From Eledone cirrhosa (Eukaryota): DNA of 64,000 nt. The stretch's first letter is position 1; each line of letters begins with the position of its first letter. A model generated the notes under the pieces. That model worked only from the letters and a program-made list of their open reading frames with translations, did not search any database and was not told the DNA's origin. The position numbers and the translations under genes are program-made. This document shows, one piece after another, positions 37,770-51,900 of the stretch. The DNA lies in NCBI GenBank assembly GCA_964016885.1, contig OZ024743.1:290470001-290534000 (forward strand). The letters run 5' to 3'.

Positions 37770-40745
37770 GGTCAGGTCAACGGTGACAAAATAGGTAACT
37801 CCCATGCTCCCTTGGTGAGAAGTTCACTTTGAACATCGTTTGAGATGAAAAACCGAACCCAAATTATGGTTTTGTTACCACGCTGTGCCTTTTCAACGCG
37901 AACGAATCGAACTGCTTTTGTTCCCTCCTTTCTCAGAGCACGTGCCTTAAATCTGATAATGCAACCTTCATGTTTCACATTGAAAAAAAGGGTCTAATGA
38001 CATTCTCGCCAATAGCAAGTCACTTGCAATGACATTACAAATAGGCTCGACTAATTTAGCTACCCTCCTATCTATTTTTCTCTAACGCTACTATATGTTG
38101 TTGACGACCCTCCTGTCAACATGCGCTGAACTAAATTGTTGACCCGAGCTCTGTAAGATTTACATGCCAGGATCAACATGTTCAGACTCCATTAACTAGG
38201 TCCTAACCAGCGTTTCCCATCTAAGTCGATTATGCCGATTACAAAATTGTGAATTGCATAGGTGACATTTTAAATGCGTGGAGAACATATACTCTCCTTA
38301 TCTACTGACCTAATAGAGAACCTATCTATATACGGTCTAGGTGACACTAGGTGGTTGGTCCGGATCCACAGTGACACATTAGGGAAATATTTTCGGTACC
38401 TGTCAGATTATTGGAATTGGCTGATCAGGTATTTCAGGATTTGCCCCTCCCCACCGCAATCAGCTGCACACACACAATCTCAAAGTGCATCTAAGATGTT
38501 GTTTCATCAGTAAAAGGTGACGTTTCCAGAAATGCTTACAATCACTTAAGCAAATCCGGCCGGGCGTTCCCAGTTGGGGGATAGACAGCCATCAGTCTAA
38601 AGGCACCACCATCGCTATTGCTCACGTCTTGGACCATTACATAACGCCCAGATCCAGGAAAATCAACTTTATCTCGAGATTCAGGGCCTTCCTAAACAGC
38701 ACTTTCACCTCATCTCCCATTCTCAATAGATGTGAAGATATGATAGTCATCGAAAATTGCGTCTAGTGCATGGTCTCGCTAACGGAGGCCACATCTTGTG
38801 AACAGCGGTCGTTGTGTAAGCGACCGTGCTTCCAGCGCGACGCCAGACCACAAACATTTAAATACTCCACTCTTCAGATGACCAAGTTGGTAGATTAAAA
38901 GAGAGAGAAAGTAGCTCTTACCTTCTTAGAACGTTTGGCGTTCGGTAGTTCGACCTCCATAATTGCTGGGTTTCCTGTTAGTAACCCTTTTAATATCGGA
39001 ATCGAGGCTTTTCTACTAGACGTTCTTACTTCTTCGGTGAAGCTTTCTCTAAAGTTGTTTTATATGTTTACTGGCATCCGCACCATCAGTAGGGTACTTT
39101 GAAGATGCAGGTGACAAATATCACCGCCTCTTTCTCAATATCTTGACTTATGTTACAAGAGATATAAGATTTTTACATTCCTATATTAGTATCACGAGGT
39201 TCGGTATTTCTGATGTTGTTTGTGCATGAATGTGTTTCCTTTTGTGAAACATAAGTTGCGGTTGTATCTGTATTGTTGTCGTTGGTTGTGTTTTTCTTGA
39301 CGCTTGTGGTATTGGTTTTATTGTAGTTGTGTCTGTATTTGCTTTGAGTATGTTTTATGTGCTTGTAGGCGTGTATGAAAATGTATATTACTTTTTGTGT
39401 TTCCGTTTTAGTGTTTTTGTTTTTTGAGGTTCCCTCTCACATGCACTAGTGGATAAAAAGGGAGTAGTGTCTTGGGATTCTGTGTAAGATGGGAAAGGAT
39501 TCTGTGTTTACGGGTGTGTGAATGTTTGCCTCTGTGTTTACGTGTGTATTCTTGCGAGGGAAGGAGTGGAGAGATTTCCTCATTTCCCATATGGGTTGGT
39601 TTAATGCTGTTGGTGCTGGTGCTGGTAGTGTTGCGGGTTCGCTTAGTGATGATAATGCTTGTGCCCGTTTTTGTGGTTTTTGAGCTGGCTATCCATGCCC
39701 CGGTGTGGGCAACATTGGAGGTTTGCGTCACCTTGTGATTTTGAGCTGGGAGAAAATTCTCGCAGGTGTGTGGTTTCACCACAGACGAAACAATGCGGCT
39801 TTTTACGTTCAGTGACCACCTGTATGGACACTCCACCTTAGTGGCGGACGAGATCTGGTATGCTTTTTATATCTTCTCGTTTGAGTCGGGTAAGGATCTC
39901 AAAATCCGCCCCAGACAAATCCACTTTAGATGATTTTGGTACCATATCCGTATCCGATCACACATCCAAGGAACTCCCACAAGTCCACTCTTGGTGGGAT
40001 CCCTGGAATGGGGACCCTGGCTGTCCATCTGTCCATCTTGTATGGATACACTGACACTTGGTCCCTCCTACAGGTATCCAATGAATGTTTCAGTGCAAGT
40101 GCTTCAAACTTAAATGAAACTAAGATGATGCCGAATTTCCTGTCCCTTGTCTTCAACCCTATGTCATCTTGGTTGCACTTCAGTGCTGCCACAACTTCAG
40201 CTCGATGGGTCACCTGGGCTTGCGGGCTCGCACCGAATTCAATTTGTTTACAATTTCAATGCGCACCACCACCTGCATTGCCTCATCCTGGAGGTTTATA
40301 TTACCCCAGGTGTTTTCACATTTGATTATCTTCCATGTCTGTACGAAATGTTTTTCTTTATATGTTGATACGTTTTTCTTGACATGTGAAAACATGACTT
40401 CTTTTTAGCTAATGAGGTAGCAAATGTTTTCTAGTTGTTGTTCTTGTTGTTGTTGACGTTCTTGATGTTGATACTATTGCTGATTGTGTCGTTGTTTATT
40501 TTGTTGTTGTTTCTATTCACGTTGTTTTTGTTCCTACTGTTGGTGGTGGTGGTGGTTGTGTCGTTCTTTTTGTTGTTGTTGCTACTCTTGTTGATCCTTT
40601 TTCTTTGCTGGTGTTTTTGTTAGTGCTATCGTTATTTATGTTCATTTTGTTACCGTGGTTCTTATAATAATAATTTACTTTAGTTGTCAGATTGACACTC
40701 GGCATGATTTGGGTAAAAAGAGAATTCAGAGGAAATTCCAAATGT
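37770..40745 (-). mobile_element. Old Tx1 copy (ORF1 plus endonuclease region), decayed
   Basis: KHEGCIIR.KARALRKEGTKAV (37772-37978), knuckle CFVCGETTHL (39643-39831), ORF1/ORF2 spacer at about 38875-38923. Boundaries approximate. Confidence 0.8.
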
Positions 40746-40784
40746 TTTTTTTATCAGTCAGATAGGGATTACATTAAGATGACA

Positions 40785-41050
40785 ATAAGGAGGATACAGG
40801 CTGGTATAGTGTGTGCGATTTTTTTTATAAAAGGAAATATGTATTACCAAGGCTAAAAATAATGTTAAAAAGCAAGCATAACAAATCTCCAAAAATAAGG
40901 ATGCCACAAATTGTCTCTCGTGGAGAAAACTCACAAAAGGCCACGGTAACCTTGACCAATAGGGCAAGTGCCCCTCTCTTAATCTGCAGTTAACAGGCGA
41001 ATACTCAGATCACGTCCAATTATTCGCAACATACTCAACATGCTCCAGCC
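40785..41050 (-). mobile_element. Tx1 3' UTR fragment, B-like
   Basis: CGTGGAGAAAACTCACAAAAGGCCACGGTAACCTTGACC matches about 9677-9719. Confidence 0.7.
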
Positions 41051-42216
41051 GTTTCTATAAGATAATCCTCTGTAGCGACATTACCAAATTCTTAAAATTG
41101 TTGAATGTTTTGAATGCTCATTCTAATATGAACAATTGGTGTATTTAATTTCAGAAATCGACATCACTTAAACATTTTTGCATATATGGATGGCACAACA
41201 TAAAATAATCCCCGCTAGGGCTGAGAACCATTTCGGCTTATGTTGCTGCGAAGGAAAAGTCCATGCTCACGCAACACGCATGTAAGTCATATTTAGGTCA
41301 ATTAATGTCTCTACTTGAAGCTTTTTCAAGTAAAGAAAGGCCATCCACCTAACAAAGGTGTCAAATATCTAAATTTGGAACAACATGTTACATCATTGGG
41401 TTCCATCAAGACAGAGATTTTACATTAGTTTTCCTTCTAACAAGAATTGTGGCTTTTATTCCCGGTGGAAAAATCGAGCGTTCAGACACCAAACCGTATG
41501 ATTCCATGTCCACACACACAGACACACACGCCCACAAATACACACAGAAACACACATGCACGCACACAAACACACACACACACACACAAACACACTCACT
41601 CACTCACGCACACACACACATACACACACACCACACACAGACACACACACATATATATATATTTATATATATATATTGCATATCAGAGTTACAGAAGTGT
41701 ATCTTAAAAAAGCTTATGCCATGATAATGTATTACTCTTGTCTACTTATGATTGAAATCTTTTAAAATAAATTTAAGTTCAAACTTTCTATTATATATTT
41801 TAGAAAGTATTGATTTTTACTCTTAGTTTTCCTGATTATATTCCAGTAAATCTCTCAAAGTGCAGAGACGCAATAGATGTCACAGGAAACAATACATAAG
41901 GAAAACAGGAAATATGGAAGAGTGACAAAAATACTTCGGACTACATTTTAAAAATCTAGTGGAAAACAAAAAAAAACAAAAAAAACTGATGTCTTTAAGA
42001 AGTCAAGTAGACAGATTATAAATGCTGGTGCATTACTGTAATCGAGGATTGGTGCATTAATTTCATGGCTTATAATTACTGGTCTTCCATTGGAAAATGT
42101 TTTAGATTGTTAGGAGTAATATACTACAAGGAAATCAGATGCAAAATTGTTCTCTCAACCTATACAAACACATACACACACATACTCACAAACAAATACG
42201 TACATCCATATGTACA

Positions 42217-42266
<50 letters not shown>

Positions 42267-42327
42267 CACATATATATATATATATATACACATATATATA
42301 TATACACATATATATATATATATACAC

Positions 42328-42358
<31 letters not shown>

Positions 42359-42375
42359 TATATATATATATATAC

Positions 42376-42580
42376 AAATAGGAAAAAGTATGACCCCGAC
42401 GGCAGAGCTCAAGCCGTATCGACGGCTATTTCTGTCCAGAAATAGCCGTCGATACGGCTTGAGCTCTGCCGTCGGGGTCATACTTTTTCCTATTTTCCTA
42501 TTTCCCACTCGACTACCCTAAGTATTGCGTACTCTGGTGCGTTATGGTCCATCTGGTTCCTTACCACAATTCCTTTGTTA
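42376..42580 (+). mobile_element. Short TA-flanked element with a perfect 59-bp fold-back plus tail
   Basis: 42376-42434 and 42437-42495 are exact reverse complements with a 2-nt loop; the family tail follows. Confidence 0.85.
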
Positions 42581-42859
42581 TATATACAAATATATATTTA
42601 TATATCTATCGTAACAATAAAATAGATGAATACATATTAATAATAGTGATCATACTACTCAATAATCGCCACCTGGAAATATAATTGTGCACCCATCAAA
42701 GATTACATTATATATATATATTTAATATTCTGCGTGAACATAAAAAAGGCATAAGAAAAGGGATAGTAAACGTAATTTATTAGAAGCGTAAATCACAATT
42801 CTTAGTGCCTAGACAGATGCTTAGAGTCAGGAGAAACAATGCTTATTGCCATGTTCCAT

Positions 42860-42977
42860 TGTGAGTTCGAATTCCGCCGAGGTCAACTTTGCCTTTCATC
42901 CTTACGGGGTCGATAAAATAAGGTACCAGTAATGTACTTTATTTTATCGACCCCGGTAAAAGTAGAATCAATTATTA
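42860..42977 (+). mobile_element. SINE 3' half with an internal fold-back
   Basis: B box GAGTTCGAATTCC, core, inverted copy of the core, then AGTAGAATCAATTATT. Confidence 0.75.
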
Positions 42978-44537
42978 GATAACTAAATGGCAAAGTTATG
43001 ATGGAAGCTCCTTTTCAGTTGGCATGCCTTAAAAACCATAAAGATATTTCCACCATCCATCCTAAAGGAAAATCGAAAGAAGGAACTTCCGGTGCGCTCA
43101 CGTATATAAATTTGATTGGATCGAAAGGGATGTTATATCATCTGCTTCTTAGACACCTGAACCCACTCAACGAATTATTAAATAATATGTTAGATTGTGG
43201 TTTCAAAATGTAGAGAACTTATTGAACTTGGATAACTATGTTTGATTATAAAACTGATGTTTCCATGTACAAACCCTAAAAAAAATCGCGATTTATGTTG
43301 ATATTCGTATTTTAGTCATCGTAGAAACCCTTAGTAGGCCCAGCGCGAAATAGAAGTTTTACTGTTTTTAGCAACTTTATGGAATGTTTGTGTCTCGCAC
43401 CACAGAATTGATGGTGGTTGCTCTTCTTTGGTTGTTAAATTTTGACAAATAATGACAAGAGAAATGCGTGTAGGTGCATTTTATAATGCGTCAGATATTA
43501 ATTTAGTTATGATTCATAATAAATGTCATGTATATCAGAGGAACCCACAATAATATTTATAGTTTAAAGAAACAGATAGGAATTTATAAGATATGAAAAA
43601 TATAGATAATATCAGAACGAAATTGTTATTTCTGTTATTTCTGGAATAGACGAAACAACGGTGTGCTATCGATGCAGGATATTTATGGATCTGCGTTAAA
43701 TACTGCTTGAATATCAGCTATGCAAATAACAATATATAGAATTGCTATTGCGAATGAAATGTAAGTGTTTTTTTTGTGTGTGGAAAATGCTAACCAAGAA
43801 CGAAATATATCATGCCTGTCTAAATGAAAGCTGCAATAAACTTTTCGATTAAACAAATATTAACAAAAGCGACTGTGATTCAATTACAAATCCAAAAATA
43901 TTTTATTGCTATTCTAGTTGGTTTGAACCAATCAATATTGAAGCAGAAGCTCGTAAGTTCTATATACCTGGGAAAGCCATATATATGTCTAGGCATGTAT
44001 GCAAACAAAAATATGACGATATTTTGAACCAAAGAATTATAAGATGATAGTGATACAAGCCTATGCTTTAAATAATCGCAAAAGAGCTGAATAAGTTACT
44101 TCCCGAATTTGAAAATGGGGAGAAAAGGATAATCAATATCAAACATCAATTTTAATATTGAATTCATATTCAGCGAAATAGTTATTAATAAGTTTAGCTT
44201 CAAAAGCAAACAGCATTGAAAGAGAGAAGTAAAACTGATGTTCAAATTAACCTGGCTGGCTACGTACCTACAAAAGGATCACTTTTATAAACATATTTAG
44301 ACATCACCGTGATGTATAAATAGAATCTTCTTTCTTAAACAGTTGATTAATGAAAACAGTTATATTTAGGTTTGCTTTAAGTAAGCTTGATTTTATACAT
44401 GAATTGTTGTAGGTAATTTCGCTTTCAGCCGATTGAACATAGTTACATCAAACATACATTCATATATACATAAATACATACATAGATGCGTATAATACAT
44501 GCATATACATTAGTACATCCATCAACATATACATGCC

Positions 44538-44641
44538 TACATACATACATACATACATACATACATACATACATACATACATACATACATACATACATAC
44601 ATACATACATACATACATGCATACATACATACTTGCATACA
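44538..44641. repeat. (ATAC)n microsatellite
   Basis: Read directly. Confidence 0.96.
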
Positions 44642-45523
44642 TTCGTAAACACTATTATAGTGTCAACTAGCAATACTATTGCCTCCAACAAGTGGCATTA
44701 CATTCCTTCGAAATCCCGGTATACGGAACACTCCTAGTCTTATCCACAATGTCGAATATGCATTCCCAGTGGTGATCTAATTCAACACAAACCTATTATA
44801 GCATTTTACCAGTTTGCATTTAAGACCTGACCTATGCCGGTGTATATTATCTATACTGTTCACAAGACCAACTCACTAGACTGTTGATAAGTACTTTTCC
44901 ACCAAAGTGTGATTTTTTCTAGATCCTGATAATTAATAGAAATACGTTGTATGTATGTATGTTGGTATGTGTGAAGGTAGGTGTGTATGTATGTGTGTAA
45001 CTATGTGTGTATGTATGCATGGATATATGCACGTACGATTTTACCTACAAGCTGCTAAATTCCATTTAAGATATGCATCTGAATATATATGTGAACAATA
45101 AACATTTAAGATGTCTAAATATCCACACATATGCAGAAAAAACCGTGAAGAGATTATATATTCTATAACGGGATTATACATGCTATTATCACGAATTGTG
45201 TATGTAATATTTTTTTCATAATCTTTGTGGAATGGTTTGTGTGTATGAGTGCGAAAATCTAGAGCAAAGGTTCTCAACGGGGGGCAATTCGGAGCTCCAG
45301 TGGGGCGCTTTGGAGCAAGGGGGCGTTAGCGGGGCTCGTTTAAGCTTTGAGGGCTATCTTGTAGCGGATACAAATTTGTCCGGGAAAGACTGCCCTAACA
45401 CCGGCCAGAGTTACTTTCCTTGACCTGCTGCAAAATCAAAACAAGCTATTTTTGCGAGCAATGAACCTTGACGTGAATTTAACCCCCAACACTCTTTCCC
45501 ATCATTGTAAGGAACACTTTTGA

Positions 45524-45583
45524 TTATTTAAGCCCTTGAGAAGCCCAACTGGGCGAAACGTACGTATGTGCTGTTTTAAATAA
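45524..45583 (+). ncRNA. Hammerhead ribozyme, U3:A8 variant, stem I partly decayed
   Basis: TTGAGAA-gccc aact gggc-GAAA-c gtac g-TA; distal TTATTTAA/TTAAATAA pairing. Confidence 0.65.
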
Positions 45584-45786
45584 ACATGTTTTAACGGTCT
45601 ATTGTCCGATTTCTTACTTTCCCACGTGCTTACGCTCTGCTAACTCTCTAGCCCACTAAATATTAACACTTCGAATATTTAATGCTGCCGGCACTAGTAG
45701 CGAGCACCTTTGGCATACGCTACTTGGCAAATAACTATATGTATGACATATCCTCCCCTTTTTTTCTCTCTCTCGATTCCTAAATA

Positions 45787-45828
<42 letters not shown>

Positions 45829-45843
<15 letters not shown>

Positions 45844-46558
45844 TGAGGTTGTCTGTCTGTCTGTCTACTAAAATGGTCGGCAAACATCTCCCCCTAAACC
45901 GTGCGTTCAAATGTCGATGAAATTGCTACACTTATAGATGAAGGTCCGGCGGAGACATCGGTCAAAACGATTTTCAAATCGAACCACGCCAAGTGCAAAA
46001 ATAGAATTTGTAATGTATTGATTTTTCATTTCAAATGTATAAATAGAGATGAGAGACGAATTATTTCCCTTTTATGGCGTCATTTGCTTATCTATTTATG
46101 TTACGTATAAACGATGCGTGCAAAAGTACAAAAATACGCGAAAAGTTTTCGAACCGGCAACATTTTAACCTGCGAAATCCATGAGTTCGAAGTTTCAACA
46201 TTAAGCTTCTATTTTGCTTCACTTCCATGAAAAAGTCTTTTAAAACAATATTTTTACTTGAAAACAAGCCTATTTGAATACACCGTAAAACAAGCAAATA
46301 TTTTGTAAAATGTTAGTTATTCAGAGAGAGAGGGGGACAGAGGGAGACAAGCAGTATATCTTTCATCTGTCGTCGCTCGCATAAGTAATACACACAAACT
46401 CACAAACGCACACACATACATACACACACAAATACACATACTTTCACAACTGATTTCGCCAATTGCCGGATAACATCAAAACAAAACACAAAGACACACA
46501 CATGCACATACACACATACATAAACACATACACACATATCTATACTTGTAAAGTTGAC

Positions 46559-46589
<31 letters not shown>

Positions 46590-47246
46590 CGATATGTATG
46601 TATGTATGTATGTATGTATATTCTTAGCTTTACTCTCTCCGTCGCTCTCCCCTCTCTCTATAATAGATCATTCCCCCTCTCTATAATTTAACTGCTTTAC
46701 TCTCTCTGTCGCTCTTTACTCTCCTATATGACAACACTGTTTTAGTTTCCGTATCTCCCTTATACACACATAGAGAGACAGAGATATAGTTAAGGAAAAA
46801 TACAAACACACATCTACAGAGAGAGACAGAAAAACAGCGGGAGGGGAAAGAGAGAGATAGGCCGTCAGACAGCGAGAGAGATACAATATATAATCTCGAA
46901 TAAAGCCTTATGAGATTTTTCATTTTGAAGCAATGATTTTAAACGACAGACTGATAACGCATTTTTTTTTTTTTTTTTTCATGTCCATCCAATTTCTTTG
47001 TTTCAAAATAACTGATAGTTTGGTTACGCTGATGTTTTTCTCTCCTCTTTTGTTTTAACATTCGGGTTATGGTTATGCTTTCTTAAATTCATAAGGCATA
47101 CTGTTGGTTGAGGGAATATTAATCAAAAGTACCACATGAAAGTCTACACTGTAGACTCTACAGTTTTTAAGCCAAGAAGGTACTTAACATTGTAACTTTA
47201 ACACAGCTACTAAGCAGCCAGGAGCTACAACGGGCTTTACTGCTAG
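45829..47246 (+). mobile_element. Non-autonomous Helitron-like element
   Basis: 5' TATATATAAAACTGAGGTTGTCTGTCTGTC; 3' imperfect GC hairpin (GCCAGG..CGGGC) shortly before CTAG|T. Confidence 0.6.
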
Positions 47247-47460
47247 TATATATATATATATATTACACGCACACACATATATATTTTTTTCTTTTTTCAG
47301 TCAGGTTTACCATGTTTGAGCCCCCTGTTGGAGATAGATAGAGAGATAGATAGCTAGATAGTTAGATAGACGTGTACCAAACACACACACACACACATTT
47401 CTTACTCCATCTGTCCCTCCCTCTTTCTCTCTTCATTTATATATATTATTTATCGCTGAG

Positions 47461-47645
47461 GGCGGTGGATTGGCAGTATCGGTAGAGGGTCGGACGCCAT
47501 GCTTTCCAGCAGATTTACGTCCCTTTACGATCTGAGTTCAAATCCCGCCGAGGTTGACTTTGCCTTTCATCCTTACGGGGTCGATAAAATAAAGTACCAG
47601 TAATGCACTGGGTAATTTGCTGGCCTTGTGCCAAATGTAGAAACA
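47461..47645 (+). mobile_element. tRNA-derived SINE
   Basis: Full-length copy, GGCGGTGGATTGGC through TGTAGAAACAATTATT. Confidence 0.9.
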
Positions 47646-47757
47646 ATTATTTGGCGTTGTTGAAAAGAGCATTGGCCTTTGACCTGGCAATAAAAACTGG
47701 AGACAAAATTATTTCTGTACCAAAACCAAGGTACACACACACAAGTTTGTGCGTGTA

Positions 47758-47821
<64 letters not shown>

Positions 47822-48776
47822 CGCGTTTATGTGTGTGTGTGTATCTATGTATATAAAATAAGGGATACAGATATAGCTTTCTGTCACCCTTCGTTTCTAC
47901 TAAGTATTTTGTTTTACTACAAGGTATTTTATTTTGCAAGGTACTATTTTTCGCCTGAGTTTGTGATTTCAGGTACAGGTAAGAAATTCTTCATATTTTG
48001 CATCTTTTGTATTTTGACTTTACAGTTTGAATTGTGGAATTGTTTATGCACTCAAAATATTTACACCAGCTAACAGTGAAATATAGAATTTAAAAAAAAA
48101 AGCTTTTTCGACTGAGATCAAATCTTTTTTTTTTTTTTTTTAAATATATAATTTGAAATAGCTTGCTTTTGTTTTGGACTGAAACTTTTTTGTATTTAAT
48201 TCGTGCGATTATTTTTTTAAAGATTCTAACATAATTGATTTGGCCCAGTAATCTACTGATATCAAAATCAGTAGTATATTGAAAAATGGAAAAATAGAGG
48301 AGAGGGGCGTTTCGTGATTTCGATGAGCAAAAGGCGCGTTTGGCCGAAATGGGTTGAGAACCTTTGATCCAGAGCGATATATATGAAGTTGACGCTAGTC
48401 AGGCTAGTGGCTACTGTGATAATTAATCCTAACATATTAAATGTGTTTTTTAAGTTTTTATCTGAAAGTGTGAGTGGGAAAGCGTTTCAACATATGCATA
48501 TGTGTTTGTGCTTATGTTATCACTTTTTTCTTAATTTTCTTTTCTAAACTAGCTTTTTTTAGCATGCATTACTTTTAACGGTATCGCATAAACTCATTTA
48601 AGCGCCTGAAGATAATTCACGATTTTGATCTCTTTTAAATATCTGGAGATATGGTCAATATTGGGATTTGCAACGTTAGGTAAAACACATTTGTATAACC
48701 ATAGACATGCGTATAAACGTGTATAAACATAATAAAAAAAAAATATATAAAATAAGATAATATAAAATAATATATA

Positions 48777-48851
<75 letters not shown>

Positions 48852-48914
48852 TTATTAAAATAACAGATTAAAGTTTAAGCAAAAAATCGCCGCTTTCACC
48901 CTTAACAGGATTAT

Positions 48915-51900
48915 TCGGGAAGCAGCATCTGCAAGCCTTCTGCCCTCAGCGCAAACATGCAGGGGGTTGCAAACCTCCTTTGTTGCCAACGCCAGTGTCA
49001 GCACGGAAAGCTGCACCACCACCACCACCAAAACCAACATCAACAAAAACACGGACACCAACATCAAAAGCAGCCGGTTCACCACCAACACCAAAACCAA
49101 TCCAAGGGAAAAACGAGGAAAGATCCCCCCCCCCCCAATTATACACATAGACAAAACAATAAACGAACACACAGACACAGAGAGACTCACAGCCACAGAC
49201 CCTTTGTCTTCCAGTAGCGAAGATGAAGGGAAACCCAAAAGTGCAAAAAAACAGACAAAACTCACAAAAAAAAAAGCCCCAACAAAACATAAAAACATAC
49301 ACAACAAAAAATACAGACACCACTAACGCAAACACTTACCCAATAACATCATTACCAACAGCAACATCGACACCGCCTCCACAATCCCCGAAACGCAAAC
49401 AACCTAAACAAACACAAGTACAAATAAACACACAAATACCTGAAATTGCAGACACCACACCTACAACAAACACAGACATACCCGAAACAACACCACCAAA
49501 ACCATCACCCCACAGTCACCAAAACGAAAACATATAAAACCACACCAGCAAAATGTTAAAAACTTCGTGCTTGTCAGAAGGGCCAACGATAAACTGATGG
49601 CCCTCATAGCACGAAGCGAGGACATTCAAACAGAGGGGAAGATTTTTGAAATGAGCACATTTTGCGTGCCAGAAGATTTGCTTCTGGTCCGAATGTCACT
49701 CAATTCGTTCAAAGAAATTCGAGAGAGTTTCCTCGGGACGTGGGAACCTGAATGTGAAACACACATCAATACTTTTAAAGGGGTTCCCAAAATAAACCCC
49801 ACCAACCATGGAGGTCGAACCACCCGACCTTCACAAGACCCCGGGAGGTAAGTAAACCTTCCCTCTCTCTCTTAGCTTACCAATATGGCCATATTAAGAG
49901 TAGGAAGTTTAAATGTTCGCGGCCTGGGGTCACCCTGGAAGCAGGGTCGCCTGCTCAACGACCTCAGGTCGCTGTAAATGGATGTGATTGCAGTCAGCGA
50001 GACCAGAATTTCCGACACGCACGCACTAGCCCCCATTTTCGACAACTATGAGATCTTCGCATCTGTTAGCAGACCGGGAATGGGGGGTGGGGTGGCAGTG
50101 CTGTTTAGGAAAGGACTGGATCTCGAGGTAAGATCAATCTTCCGGGACCCGGACGGTAAGTTGGTGGCCTTGGATGTGAGCAGTAGCGAAAGTGGTGCTT
50201 TTAGACTGCTGGCCGTCTACGCCCCTACAGGGGCCGGACGACCGGACTTCTTTAGGCGCCTGGAGACCTTTCTGGGTACATCTCGCCATTTACTGTTAGC
50301 AGGGGACTTGAATGGTATCTTAGACGCACGCTGGGATTGTGTGGGAATAGCCGATAGGAGCAGGGAGTGCGAAAGCCTCCAGCACCTTCTCAGCCAGTTC
50401 CAACTCTCTGACAGGTATCGACTAGATCTCCCCAATGTGCCAGTATGGACATGTACCAACCGAATGGGGGTAATCTAGATCGTCTATAGACAGGATCTTC
50501 ATTAGGAAAATAGATAGAAATAGTGTGGGATGCCCACTTTTTAAAACGGTCGCCTATTCAGATCACAAATTCGGTCGACCTAGATAAAACGCGTAGGTTA
50601 GGACCGGGTTACTGGAAGCTGAACATGTCATTTCCGGCACGTAAGGCTTACAGGGACCGAGTCAACAATTTAGTTAAGCAAAAGTTGACAGGGGGGCTCA
50701 TCAACATCAGATGGTGGGGGGCTCTCAAAAGAGAGATTAGAGTAACTTCGATAGAGTTCAGCAAAGAACTAGCGTTAGAGAAAAATAGAAATGAGGGGGA
50801 GCTGGTAGATAAGTTAGACGAGGATATTTGTAGTGGCATTGCAACTGACGTGCTAGCGGCGAGAATGGCATTAGACCATTTCTACAATGCGAAACACGAA
50901 GGTTACATTGTCAGAGCTAAGGCGCGTGCGCTGAGAAACGAGGGAACCAAAGCTGTTCCATGGGCCCGCGTGGCAGAGGCGGAGCGTTGTAATAAAACCA
51001 CAATTCGGTCTTTCGCGGACCGAGACGGACACGAGATAAGCGATTCCAAGCAGATGTGTGAGGCCTTTCGCCAGCAATTTGCTCGGTTGTTCGGGGAGAG
51101 TGGCGAGTCAGAGTGATTAGCGGATTTCAGTCCCTACCTTGACGGCTTGCCGCGCATCTCGTCGGTTGACGCTGAGCGCTGCGAAAGACTGATTACTTCA
51201 GCCGAAATTCAGGACGCCCTTGTCGTTTGCATAAGGCGCAAGTCACCGGGTTTGGATGGCCTGCCCTACGAGCTTTACGTAAATATGCCAGACTTGTTCT
51301 CCGAACTCCTCGAAGCACTTTACTGCAACTGGCAGCAGAATGGAAGTATTCCCAGTTCTGTGAGCAGGGGAGTGGTGACGCTGATAAGGAAAGACGAGAA
51401 CAAGAAGAATACATTAGAAAACTTCCTGGCCCGTAACTCTGCTCAACACAGAGTTTAAGATTTTGGCCAAGGTATTAGCAAATAGATTGGCGCTTGTCGT
51501 CGAGGATTTGGTTGTGGAGGCGCAAAATTGCGCAATCCCAGCCAGGTCCATACACGACAATCTCCACCTCAGGCGATACATCATAGAGAGGGTAGGTGTA
51601 AACCTGGCTTCGGTGGGGCACTGATCAATTTAGATCAATCGAAATCATTCGATAGGGTCGACCATCGGTATCTGGAATTTGTCCTCAAAGCAGCTGACTT
51701 CGGCCCTGTCTTCAGAAGCTGGACCGCTGCAATGCACGGCGGCACACGCTCGGTTGTCAAGGTTAATGGCCACATCTCGGAACCATTTCGGCTCTCCCGA
51801 TCGGTCCGTCAAGGGTGCCCTCTCTCTTCCCTTCTGTACGTATTGACTCTCGAACCTTTACTGCGGAAGCTGCAGCTGTTGCAGGGCATACCGCTCGAAC

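Larger units (their letters stand above)
45265..48366. mobile_element. Non-autonomous hAT (Charlie-like) DNA transposon enlarged by nested insertions
   Basis: 14-bp perfect TIRs CAAAGGTTCTCAAC / GTTGAGAACCTTTG; 8-bp TSD ATCTAGAG (45257-45264) / ATCCAGAG (48367-48374), fitting the NTCTAGAN preference of Charlie elements. Confidence 0.88.
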
